In this document: piece after piece, positions 52,226 to 61,443 of the stretch
Numbering within the stretch: the stretch's first letter is position 1
Layout of the letters: every line of letters begins with the position of its first letter
Source of the DNA: Gemmatales bacterium
GTDB taxonomy: Bacteria > Planctomycetota > Planctomycetia > Gemmatales > HRBIN36
Length of the DNA: 64,000 nucleotides
Direction: 5' to 3'
Assembly: GCA_041640595.1 (NCBI GenBank)
Contig: JBEPZY010000006.1
Span: 191,607 to 255,606 of the forward strand
Program-made: the position numbers and the translations under genes
The notes under the pieces: generated by a model
What the model was told of the DNA's origin: nothing
The model's database searches: none
The model's input: the letters and a program-made list of their open reading frames with translations, nothing else

Positions 52226-52819
52226 TTACGCTTTCTCGGCGGTCTTCTGCGGCAACTGTTCCAGCGGCCGGAAAATCTCACGCACCGGTAACCGAAAGCC
52301 CGGCAACACCTGCTCACCGTCCAGCTCGCCATCCAGTTTCAAGCTGAGTCCGGTCCTATCGCCTCGTTGCACCCGCACCGTGCGAGTAGCAGGATAAACC
52401 ACCCACACCAGGGGCGTCCCTGCTTCCAAATAATCTTCCACGCGAGCCTCAAGTACCTCCACCAGATCGCTCGGCGATGCGATTTCCACCACCAAGTCCG
52501 GGGTTATCGGAATATGTCCTTTGGACCAAACCTCAGGGCCCAAGCGCTCCCGACGGATGAAAGATACATCCGGCCGGCGGACGCGATCCGGAGCATGAGG
52601 GAAGCAGCAATAACTAGCATCAGCGTTCAACACCGCTCCGAGGTTTCGCTCTTCCGCGAATCCGCTTATCCGGGACAGAATTCTCGCACCAATCACAGCC
52701 GAAATAGCCGACATGGGTTTCTCCACCAGTTCGCCGTCCACCAGTTCGTAGCGGCGATCCTTGGGCAAGCGCAACAATTCCTCCGGCGTTACCTTCGGCT
52801 TCTCTAACACCACACTCAT
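52226..52819 (-). CDS. Uma2 (DUF820) family putative endonuclease, copy 3
   Basis: Same motifs (RPDVSF, PDLVVEIASPS); AGGAGG RBS. Confidence 0.92.
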   Translation of the reverse strand: MSVVLEKPKVTPEELLRLPKDRRYELVDGELVEKPMSAISAVIGARILSRISGFAEERNLGAVLNADASYCCFPHAPDRVRRPDVSFIRRERLGPEVWSKGHIPITPDLVVEIASPSDLVEVLEARVEDYLEAGTPLVWVVYPATRTVRVQRGDRTGLSLKLDGELDGEQVLPGFRLPVREIFRPLEQLPQKTAEKA

Positions 52820-52966
52820 CGCTCACCTCCTGAGCCATCACCTGTTATGCATGGCCGTCACGTCGCCACCGGCGTTATGCTCATCCGGTTATGGGTTGAA
52901 CAGTATCTGCTGGTGAAATCCATTCGCAGCCTTGTTCACGGATTCAGCGTGCGTCGCGCTCCTGGT

Positions 52967-54196
52967 TCAAGGTCGGTGCAGCAAGCCGTCTTGCCGTAAC
53001 AGAGCCAGCAAAGCCTCGATTTGCGCAAAACCGGCCTGGAGCAAAAAGGCTGACTGACGGCCGAAGCTTTTGGCACCCAGTATGAAGAAATTTGGTTCCG
53101 GGTTGCGTAATGTTTCCGGGCCGGTGCTCGGAAGCGCCAGGCAGTCACCGCTGTGTTGTATCAAAGCAGCAGCCAGACGCATCGGCCCGAGAGTGGCATA
53201 GCATTCGTGCACCTGCAATTCGCGATAGAGGGTGTAATCAGGACTGAAACCAACATGAGCCAAGATGCGATCCACCTCCCAGGTTCGCATTTTCCCCTGA
53301 ACCCGCGCACGGACCCGAAAACCTTTATCCTGGCCGAGGAACTCTACGGATTGCAGGTAGGCCTGGGAAACCAGTTCGATATTTCCTTCACCGCGTGTTG
53401 CCAGTCGGTTTGCTGATTGTGCTAATCGGTCGCGTTCGGAAAGTGGGTCGTTGGGAAATCGGCGAATCGGAGGACCGTCGCGTCGCGTGAGCCAGATGGT
53501 CCAGGTCGCGGCATCTTGCTCCGCCAGCTGAGCAAGTTCACAAATAGCCGTGGCTGCACTATATCCGGAGCCTACTACCAGCACACTGCGACCGCGATAG
53601 TGCCCAGAACGCTGACCGAGAAGGTCATCGAGATGGTAACGGATGTGAGGCTCCGCAGCCAATTCGCCTACGGCCGGGATACCGCCTTCTCCCAACCAGC
53701 GGTGATGCCGATACGTCCCGGAGCAATCCACGACCACATCGGCTTCCTCAACGCGTTCTTGCTGATTATGGCGGAGAAGTAAGCGGAAAGGGGAATTAGC
53801 TCGCTGCTTGCTACCAGGCAAATCCTCTTTCAAATACAGCCCTCGGCCGATCTGCACCACCTCCGTCTGCGTGTGAATGCGCTGCCGCAACCAATGCGTC
53901 GCCGCTAATGGTTCCAGGTAACATTCCACAAATTGCTGGCCGGTGATCAATTGCTTCGCGTCGGGAAAACTGTGCTGCGGATTTTGTTCCCGAATAGCCC
54001 GCATTCCCGCCTGCGTTACGTTCATACCAAAGGGACTGAACATGGTAACATGGCCCCATTGACGAACATGCTCGGCGACCCGGCCACGCTCATAAACCTG
54101 CACGTCCAGTCCCTGCTGTTGCAGGCGCAATGCCGTTTCCAGACCAATCGGCCCGGCGCCAATGATCGCCACGCGCACCGGTTGTCTGGGCACCAT
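52967..54196 (-). CDS. FAD-dependent oxidoreductase (flavin monooxygenase-like, resembles ArsO-type flavoproteins)
   Basis: AIIGAGPIGL, WGHVTMFSP, VVDCSGT, VLVVGSGYSA, EPNFFILGAKSFGR. Confidence 0.85.
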   Translation of the reverse strand: MVPRQPVRVAIIGAGPIGLETALRLQQQGLDVQVYERGRVAEHVRQWGHVTMFSPFGMNVTQAGMRAIREQNPQHSFPDAKQLITGQQFVECYLEPLAATHWLRQRIHTQTEVVQIGRGLYLKEDLPGSKQRANSPFRLLLRHNQQERVEEADVVVDCSGTYRHHRWLGEGGIPAVGELAAEPHIRYHLDDLLGQRSGHYRGRSVLVVGSGYSAATAICELAQLAEQDAATWTIWLTRRDGPPIRRFPNDPLSERDRLAQSANRLATRGEGNIELVSQAYLQSVEFLGQDKGFRVRARVQGKMRTWEVDRILAHVGFSPDYTLYRELQVHECYATLGPMRLAAALIQHSGDCLALPSTGPETLRNPEPNFFILGAKSFGRQSAFLLQAGFAQIEALLALLRQDGLLHRP

Positions 54197-54419
54197 GGTA
54201 AATTCCCATGAGACAAGCAAGTACCATGCCTGGGGAGGTTATCCTACTAAAGAATACGCTGGGAAAACGCTTGACGCGGTGTCGCAATGACGGCACCATA
54301 GTGCTACTCGGGCGGCCTTGCGGAAAGGCTAGCCCACGCTGTCCACGCCAGGTACGTCCTAATCTAGCTGGCGAGTACAGATATACTCACTCGAAGCTGC
54401 CCCAAACCGGAGCCACTCC

Positions 54420-55088
54420 TTGGAACGGCCAACTACTACAACGCGGTCGGTAAATAAACCGGTGATCGGTTTGATAGGCGGCATCGGTAGCGGGAAAAGT
54501 TATGTAGCCCGTTTGCTTGCTCAGTACGGCGGCTATGTGGTGGAAGCCGATCGGCTTGGCCACGAAGCCTTGCGACAACCGGACATACGTGCCGCAATCG
54601 TGCACCGCTGGGGACGAGGCGTTCTCAACGAGGACGGAGAGATCAACCGCCGCCGACTCGCCGACATTGTTTTTGCTGATGCAGAGCAACGCCGTGCGCT
54701 GGAGGCGATAGTACATCCGTACATAGCCCGGCGATTGCAGGAAGAAATCGCCCGCGCCCGAGACAACCCAACCGTGCGGTTCATCGTAATAGATGCAGCT
54801 TTGCTTTTGGAGACAGGCTGGCATCAGCTCTGCGACTACCTGGTCTTTGTGGAAGCTCCGGACGATTTGCGGCAAGCGCGAGCGACGCAAAGTCGGGGTT
54901 GGTCAGCATCAGAATGGCAGGCGCGCGAATCAGCACAATGGCCGCTTGCAGAAAAACGCCATCGTGCGGATGCCGTGATCGAAAACCGCGGCGATGACAG
55001 GCATCTTCACCAACAACTGGAAAGTCTGCTCCAAGCGTGGCTTGGGAACCGTTCGCCTGGAGACACCTTGCCAACTGAGGCCGGGTAA
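54420..55088 (+). CDS. coaE: Dephospho-CoA kinase
   Basis: VIGLIGGIGSGKS, ADRLGH, INRRRLADIVF, LEAIVHP, DAALLLE, ADAVIEN. Confidence 0.93.
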   Translation: MERPTTTTRSVNKPVIGLIGGIGSGKSYVARLLAQYGGYVVEADRLGHEALRQPDIRAAIVHRWGRGVLNEDGEINRRRLADIVFADAEQRRALEAIVHPYIARRLQEEIARARDNPTVRFIVIDAALLLETGWHQLCDYLVFVEAPDDLRQARATQSRGWSASEWQARESAQWPLAEKRHRADAVIENRGDDRHLHQQLESLLQAWLGNRSPGDTLPTEAG

Positions 55089-55098
55089 ATGGTATAAT
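55068..55098 (+). promoter_or_regulatory. Probable rho promoter (extended -10)
   Basis: TGGTATAAT (TGnTATAAT) at 55090-55098 with TTGCCA at 55068-55073, about 215 nt upstream of the rho ATG. Confidence 0.5.
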
Positions 55099-55314
55099 CA
55101 TCAGGGTAAGCATTCTTCCAGCCCTATGGGGCGTCGGTCTGATAACCGGCGGCCGCATGGTAAACTGGCGGTTGACCCGCTGCCCCTAGCGCACTTCCAG
55201 GAGCACCTCCGCTGACCCCATGGCGGCCAGTAACGGAAGCGAATGGCGTCGCACCGCTGCTTACCGTCTGCGCTGGAAATCATCCGCGGTCTGCCGTGCT
55301 TAAGGAGTCTGATT

Positions 55315-57069
55315 ATGCCAGAATCCCGCAGTCGTAAGGAAGCTACCCGACCGCGAAGCAGTCGTAGCAAACTTGCTGCCGGACAAGAAAGCACTTCGGC
55401 CACCTTGCAGGCTGAGGTTCCCTCGCCAGCTTCCCAGCAGGTGGAAGCATCACCGGAATGTGCAGCCTCTGGCCCCGCCGAGCCGGAAGCGAAAATATCG
55501 AGCGAAACTGCAGTTTCCGTGACGCCGCCGGGTTCGCTCGGCCATGAAACTCCCGGCGCGCCACCGTTGAGCCAGGAAACCTCTCCCCCGCTCGAAGCTC
55601 CATCTGAACATCAGGAACCGGATAACCCCACCAATTCGGCTTCAGGAGTTTCAACGGAAACACTCGAATTGGAAGGCACCGCCGATAGCCAGAAAGATGC
55701 CGTTTCGTCGGCGACCGGCGATGTTGTGGACGAGGAAGACGATGATGATTACTCCCCCTATGACCCGGAAACCAAGGCCCGCTATGAGCAGATCAAACGT
55801 AACGAGAGCCGGCTGGCCGACCTGCAAAAAATGACCATGCAGCAGTTGCTCAAGCTGGCCAAAGAAGAAGGTGTTCCCGACTTCGTAGGGCTAAAGAAGC
55901 AGGATTTGATTTTCCGTATCCTGCGGCATCGCTGCGAAGTCAACGGGCTAATGTTCGGCGAGGGAACGCTGGAAATCCTGCCGGATGGTTTTGGATTTTT
56001 ACGCAGCAGTGAATGCAACTATTTGCCCGGACCGGATGACATCTATGTTTCGCCGAGTCAGATTCGCCGCTTCGGTCTGCGGACAGGGGCGATCGTTTCC
56101 GGGCACATCCGCCCGCCCAAGGAAGCGGAACGCTATTTCGCATTGCTGCGGGTGGATGCGATCAACTACGAAGACCCGGAAGTGCTGGCGCAGAAGGTCT
56201 ATTTCGACGACTTGACACCACTGCATCCGACACAGCGCCTGCGCCTGGAAACCACGCCGGAAGAAATCAGCATGCGGGTCGTGGACCTGGTGACGCCGAT
56301 CGGCAAGGGCCAGCGTGGTCTGATCGTTGCTCCACCACGTACCGGCAAAACGATTCTGCTGCAAAAGATTGCCAACGCCTTGCTCACCAACCATCCGGAA
56401 TGCTACGTCATTGTGTTGCTCATTGACGAGCGTCCGGAAGAAGTTACCGACATGGAGCGAAACATCATCAAAGGACGCCAGTGCGAAATTATCCATTCCA
56501 CTTTTGACGAACCCGCTGAGCGACACACCCAGGTGGCAGAGATCGTGCTGGAAAAAGCCAAGCGGCTGGTGGAATATGGCCGGGATGTCGTGATTCTGCT
56601 GGATTCGATCACGCGGTTGGCACGGGCGTACAACACTCTGGCCCCGCATTCCGGCAAAATTTTGACCGGCGGCATCGAAGCTACTGCCCTGCACAAACCG
56701 AAGCGGTTCTTCGGCGCTGCACGGAATATCGAGGAAGGCGGAAGTTTGACCATTCTGGCGACGGCTCTGGTGGAAACCGGCAGTCGCATGGACGAAGTGA
56801 TCTTTGAAGAGTTCAAAGGCACCGGCAACATGGAGCTTCACCTCGACCGACGATTAGTGGATAAACGGGTTTGGCCGGCTATTGACATCAACCGCTCCGG
56901 TACCCGTAAGGAAGAATTGCTGCTGGAGCCGGAAGAGCTTCGCCGTATCTATCTGCTCCGCAAAGTCCTGGCCGACATGAATCCGGTCGAGGCTATGGAA
57001 CTGCTTATCAGCCGGCTGGCCAAAACCAGGAGCAACGAGGAATTTTTAGCCTCGATGAATCTGGGTTGA
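55315..57069 (+). CDS. rho: Transcription termination factor Rho with long N-terminal extension
   Basis: [87 protein letters not shown]. Confidence 0.97.
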   Translation: MPESRSRKEATRPRSSRSKLAAGQESTSATLQAEVPSPASQQVEASPECAASGPAEPEAKISSETAVSVTPPGSLGHETPGAPPLSQETSPPLEAPSEHQEPDNPTNSASGVSTETLELEGTADSQKDAVSSATGDVVDEEDDDDYSPYDPETKARYEQIKRNESRLADLQKMTMQQLLKLAKEEGVPDFVGLKKQDLIFRILRHRCEVNGLMFGEGTLEILPDGFGFLRSSECNYLPGPDDIYVSPSQIRRFGLRTGAIVSGHIRPPKEAERYFALLRVDAINYEDPEVLAQKVYFDDLTPLHPTQRLRLETTPEEISMRVVDLVTPIGKGQRGLIVAPPRTGKTILLQKIANALLTNHPECYVIVLLIDERPEEVTDMERNIIKGRQCEIIHSTFDEPAERHTQVAEIVLEKAKRLVEYGRDVVILLDSITRLARAYNTLAPHSGKILTGGIEATALHKPKRFFGAARNIEEGGSLTILATALVETGSRMDEVIFEEFKGTGNMELHLDRRLVDKRVWPAIDINRSGTRKEELLLEPEELRRIYLLRKVLADMNPVEAMELLISRLAKTRSNEEFLASMNLG

Positions 57070-57149
57070 AGCACGAGCCGGAGGCGCAGCTACTTCGCGG
57101 TGGCAGAGCCAACAGATGTTCGCCTACCGCGATTCTGAATCGCAAAGGT

Positions 57150-59276
57150 TCAGGCTGGCTCCAGGGCGTACAGGAAGCCGTCATCCGAGCCGAAATATAA
57201 ACGTCGGTTGACCAGCACAGGTGAGCCCCAGACAGGTCCCGCAATAAACGTCCACAGCACTTTTCCAGTCCAGCTAACGGCGGCGAGGGTGATAGGTTGG
57301 TTGTCGTGCTGGCCATCACGCATGGTGACCCAGATAGTGGCCGCCTGACTGCCTTGCTCTGGACAAACAAGCGGCTGACAACCACCCCAGCCGTTGCCGA
57401 AGCGCACGCTCCACAGTTCTTTACCCGTGGCTGCGTCGAGACAAAACAGGTGTCCTGAGCCATCCGCGAAGCCGTAAACCCGACCGCCATAGACATTGAC
57501 GGCACCGGCGATGAGGTGTTTGGCTTGCCGATAGTGCCAGACGATCTCACCACTGGCCGCATCCAGGCAGTAAACGCTGCCGCGGTCTGCACCCATATAG
57601 ACCCGGCCAGCATCCAGTACCGGATCGCTGAGGCAATGATCCATGTGCCGCTCCGCCAGTTGTCGCCGCCAGAGCAACTCCCCTTTAATGGCGTCGAAAC
57701 AGTGCAGGAAACCGTCGGTGGCGCCGATATAGACGCGGTCGTGGGCTTCATCTACGGCCGGGCCGCTGCGATGCACCAATCCTCCCAATAGCTGCTTCCA
57801 TATCACCTGGCCACTGTCCAGGTCCGCACAATACAGGTGCCCATCCCACGAGCCGAAATAAACCCGTCCTTTCACGATGGCAGGACTGGAATCTACGCCA
57901 CGGGTTACGTCGCCGTATCCCTTGGTGCCAGGCAATCGTGGCCCGGTTGCCAATTTCCAGAGCAGTTTGCCATTCACAGCGTCCAGGCAATACACATTTC
58001 CATCGAAGCTGCCGAAAACGACACGGTTGTCGCGGATGGCTGGCGTGCATTCGACATAGGATTGACACTGGAAAGTCCAGAAAAGTTTGCCGCGCTCAGC
58101 GTCCAGGCAATACAGCTGGCCATTGTTGTTGCCAATGTAGAGCCGACCGGCACTGATACTGGGATTGCCGACAAAGCCATCTTCGCGCGGTTTCGGCTTT
58201 TCCCTGGCCGGGAAGCGCCAGCGCAACCGCAGCGGGGGTGCCAGCGGTCCCTCTGCGATGGCCTGGTGATCCGCGGTTTTGCCGATCATCTCCCAGCCGC
58301 CACAACGGCGAATTTCGGGCAAGGCGGTTTGCGGCAGTGGACAGGGAATTCCCTGGTTCTGGCCAAACACGAATTGCCCACGCGGACTGGCCGCCAGCAC
58401 CAGTTGCAATTGCCACGGCGGTGTCTTTTCCGGTGCGGGTACAAAAAGGAAACCCCGTCCCGGCCTCGGTATGTCTGCCAGTTTCGATAACAGTGCCTCA
58501 GTCTGCGGAGTGAAGCCGGCATGTTGAATCGCATTGGCAGCATCGTTGGAGAATATCACATACCACGGAGCCGGTTTCCCAACGTAATGACGGGCTATCC
58601 ACGCATCATCCTCCTTGCTTCCCCACGAATGGAACCAGTTGTTGATGTACCAGGGAAGCCATCGCCCCCGACCGTTTTTTTCTACCCAGACCTCGACAAT
58701 CAGCGCACTGATGAGCCGTTGCGGGTCTAAGCGCAGCTTTGGAAAGACCGGCGGCAACCGGTCAATAGCCTGACGCAGGCCCACGATACGAACCTGAGGC
58801 CGGCTTCCCAGAAGCAATCCATCTACTGCCTCGACATAAGTTGGGCCCAGACGCCAGGAGTACCACGGCGTCGGTTCCCGCGAGATCACAAGCCACTCGC
58901 CATGCTGCGGACTCGAAAAGACAAACGCGAAATCGTCGCAGGTGTACCGATCCCGCCAGTAACGAAACATGCGAAAGTCGCGCATTTGCCCTGTCCAGAA
59001 CACGTAGCGTTTGGCCGGCCCAGGCGTAAACGCACGCACGGCTTCAACGGGCTCGGCATCTGGCGGCAAGGATGATTCTTCACCTGCCAGGCTATTCAGA
59101 AGCCATCCACTCGGCACCAGGCCGACGCTAGCCTGCAGGAACAATCTGCGGCTGAGCAACGTTACGAAGGATTGCCCGGCCGCAAGCCCATCGGATTTTT
59201 GGCGATGCCGACCACATCGCGTCCTCTCCGCCGCCCGTTCGTGCAGTTCCCCTTGCATGAGCTGTCTCCTGCACAT
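57150..59276 (-). CDS. PQQ-like/BamB-type beta-propeller protein with Tat-like signal and unassigned N-terminal domain; start uncertain
   Basis: SRRLFLQ twin-arginine motif; repeated (L/V)YCLDA..G...W and FGS.DG blades. Confidence 0.82.
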   Translation of the reverse strand: MCRRQLMQGELHERAAERTRCGRHRQKSDGLAAGQSFVTLLSRRLFLQASVGLVPSGWLLNSLAGEESSLPPDAEPVEAVRAFTPGPAKRYVFWTGQMRDFRMFRYWRDRYTCDDFAFVFSSPQHGEWLVISREPTPWYSWRLGPTYVEAVDGLLLGSRPQVRIVGLRQAIDRLPPVFPKLRLDPQRLISALIVEVWVEKNGRGRWLPWYINNWFHSWGSKEDDAWIARHYVGKPAPWYVIFSNDAANAIQHAGFTPQTEALLSKLADIPRPGRGFLFVPAPEKTPPWQLQLVLAASPRGQFVFGQNQGIPCPLPQTALPEIRRCGGWEMIGKTADHQAIAEGPLAPPLRLRWRFPAREKPKPREDGFVGNPSISAGRLYIGNNNGQLYCLDAERGKLFWTFQCQSYVECTPAIRDNRVVFGSFDGNVYCLDAVNGKLLWKLATGPRLPGTKGYGDVTRGVDSSPAIVKGRVYFGSWDGHLYCADLDSGQVIWKQLLGGLVHRSGPAVDEAHDRVYIGATDGFLHCFDAIKGELLWRRQLAERHMDHCLSDPVLDAGRVYMGADRGSVYCLDAASGEIVWHYRQAKHLIAGAVNVYGGRVYGFADGSGHLFCLDAATGKELWSVRFGNGWGGCQPLVCPEQGSQAATIWVTMRDGQHDNQPITLAAVSWTGKVLWTFIAGPVWGSPVLVNRRLYFGSDDGFLYALEPA

Positions 59277-59629
59277 TTCCAGGATTTATCCTGCTTGCCG
59301 CCATCCAGGCTCTGCTGGTCTGAATGTTCCATTACGAGTTCGCCATTGCTGTGTCCATAACTCACAGCGCGCTTTGCCCGACCAGGGTTTGGGTGACAGT
59401 TGCGCTTCTCCAGGTAAACTCCTGCGCCACTCTGGCGTCCGACCAGTGGGCAAAACTCAGGGCTTTCGCAGGCAAGTTTCCTTGCGTATCTGCTAAAATG
59501 TCAGTAGGCCCGATGATGTCCAGCCGACCCGTATCTGGTCAATAGGTCCGTGTATCCGGGCGATCATGGCGTCGCCCAGGAACCGACCTGGCCGACCAAT
59601 CCCCAGCCCAATTCCTGGCGGATCGCACT

Positions 59630-60106
59630 ATGCCGATATTCGAGCCTAAGCCTCAAGCACCGCCGCAGGGACGCTTTGCCGTTGTGGCCTCACGCTTCAA
59701 CGCCGTGGTTGTAGAACGGCTGTTGGCCGGTGCTCTGGAAACCTTCCGCAGACACGACGTCGGCGACGATCGCCTGGACGTGGTCTGGGTTCCTGGCTCG
59801 CTGGAAATGCCGGTCACCGCAAAAAATCTGGCCGCTACAGGTCGCTACCTCGCCGTGGTCTGCCTCGGTTGCATCCTCCGCGGCGAGACCGACCATTACC
59901 AGCACGTGGCCACGCAAACCGCTGCCGGAATCATGCAGGCGTCGCTGGCGACCGGCGTACCGGTGATTTTCGGTGTCCTGACCTGCGACACGCTCGACCA
60001 GGCATTCCACCGCGCCGGTGGCAAATCGGGGAATAAGGGAAGCGACGCCGCCCTCACCGCTATAGAAATGGCTAACCTGTTCGCGCAGCTATCCTTCCGG
60101 CGGTAG
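59630..60106 (+). CDS. ribH: 6,7-dimethyl-8-ribityllumazine synthase
   Basis: VASRFN, VPGSLEMP, LGCILRGETDH, VIFGVLT, RAGGKSGNKG, AIEMANL. Confidence 0.96.
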   Translation: MPIFEPKPQAPPQGRFAVVASRFNAVVVERLLAGALETFRRHDVGDDRLDVVWVPGSLEMPVTAKNLAATGRYLAVVCLGCILRGETDHYQHVATQTAAGIMQASLATGVPVIFGVLTCDTLDQAFHRAGGKSGNKGSDAALTAIEMANLFAQLSFRR

Positions 60107-60372
60107 TCGGTGCCGATGGTCAGCCGAGCGGCGAATTTTCCGCAATTCGTGCGAAACCTCCGTCGGACTTGTTCGTAACGGCCATCGGCGCAAACCACCC
60201 GTACTAATCCAAGCCTTAGCATGCGACGCGGTGTTTGTATGCGGAATATGGCGGTTTCGAATAAGCGCTGTGAGCCATCGGGTATGGCGAGTCTATTGCT
60301 GCCCGCGCTGGCTGGTTGCCGCTACAATATGGGCAGTGGGGCGTTCACTGAATTAGCAGCAAGGAGTTCATC

Positions 60373-60984
60373 ATGGCGACGGGGCAGCATTTGCCGCACC
60401 TGGAAGAAATGCTGGCTCGAGCACGGAACGGGGACAGTGAAGCCGAGAATGAGCTGTTCGACTACGTTTCGAAGCGGTTCAAGGTCATCGTGACGCACAT
60501 CTACCGCTTGCCTGCTCGGGCTGATGTCAGCCGTTCGGACGTCACTCAGGAAGGGTGTCTGCGTTTGCTGGAAAGGTTGCGAAACGGAAAAAGTGAATTG
60601 TTCGCGGATGCCCGAGGCTTCCTGGTGATGTCGGCGAAGCACCTGCGCTGGGCGCTGCTGGATTTGCTGCGCGATCCGAAACACCGGCATCTGGAGAGCT
60701 TAGTCAATCCCGATGAGAGTCAGCCGCATTATGAACCACCCGCTCCTGCCCGCACCACCCCGGAACAGCTGGAGCTCTGGACAAAGTTTCACGAATTGAT
60801 TGACCAGCCGGGCCTGCTGACCGAGGAGGAACGTCAGACATTGTCCCTGCGCTGGTATCACGGTTTGTCGCAGGAGGAAATAGCGGACAAGTTGCAGGTA
60901 AGCGTCCGCACCGTCAAACGCTACTGGCACCAGGCGAAGGAAAAATTACGCAATGCCGGACTCGACCTGACCCAGTTGTGCTAA
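60373..60984 (+). CDS. ECF-type RNA polymerase sigma factor
   Basis: ARNGDSEAENELF, SDVTQEGCLRL, LRWYHGLSQEEIADKLQVSVRTVKRYW (region 4 HTH); lies upstream of a Ser/Thr kinase. Confidence 0.9.
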   Translation: MATGQHLPHLEEMLARARNGDSEAENELFDYVSKRFKVIVTHIYRLPARADVSRSDVTQEGCLRLLERLRNGKSELFADARGFLVMSAKHLRWALLDLLRDPKHRHLESLVNPDESQPHYEPPAPARTTPEQLELWTKFHELIDQPGLLTEEERQTLSLRWYHGLSQEEIADKLQVSVRTVKRYWHQAKEKLRNAGLDLTQLC

Positions 60985-61016
60985 GTGCCACAGGTGTGAA
61001 CGCCAGATTGCAAATT

Positions 61017-61341
61017 GCGACTGGCGAACACACAACCAGGAGCGGTGGGCGTCAGCCCACCGTGGTGTGCGAAACCGTCCCTGCGCGGTGAAAATCAAGG
61101 GCCGTTCGGCGACTGGCGAACACACAACCAGGAGCGGTGGGCGTCAGCCCACCGTGGTGTGCGAAACCGTCCCTGCGCGGTGAAAATCAAGGGCCGTTCG
61201 GCGACTGGCGAACACACAACCAGGAGCGGCGGGCGTCAGCCCACCGTGGTGTGTGAAACCGTCCCTGCGCGGTGAAAATCAAGGGCTGTTCGGCGACTGG
61301 CGAACACACAACCAGGAGTGGTGGGCGTCAGCCCGCCGTGG
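61017..61341. repeat. 92-bp tandem repeat (3.5 copies) carrying a REP-like hairpin
   Basis: Units start at 61017, 61109, 61201 and 61293; each contains CGGTGGGC-GTCA-GCCCACCG or a close variant. Confidence 0.95.
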
Positions 61342-61443
61342 ACAATAAGCTGGCACCGAAGGGTGGCCCGTATATAAAAATCCAGTCGAAACGTAGCAGG
61401 CGACGGGTCATCAGCCGAGGTTATCTCCATCGGAGGCTGAACC

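Larger units (their letters stand above)
50740..52832. repeat. Tandem ~752-bp repeat, 3 units of Uma2 gene plus spacer
   Basis: gacatgggtttctccaccagttcgccgtcc recurs at 51205, 51957 and 52710; spacers 51315-51472 and 52067-52225 are nearly identical. Confidence 0.92.

Noticed and set aside
50706..52819. Diversity-generating retroelement acting on Uma2
   Set aside because: There is no reverse transcriptase in the window, the differences are not adenine-restricted, and all three copies are intact genes rather than a template/variable repeat pair.
61017..61341. CRISPR array
   Set aside because: Whole 92-bp units repeat, including the would-be spacers; there are no unique spacers and no cas genes in the window.
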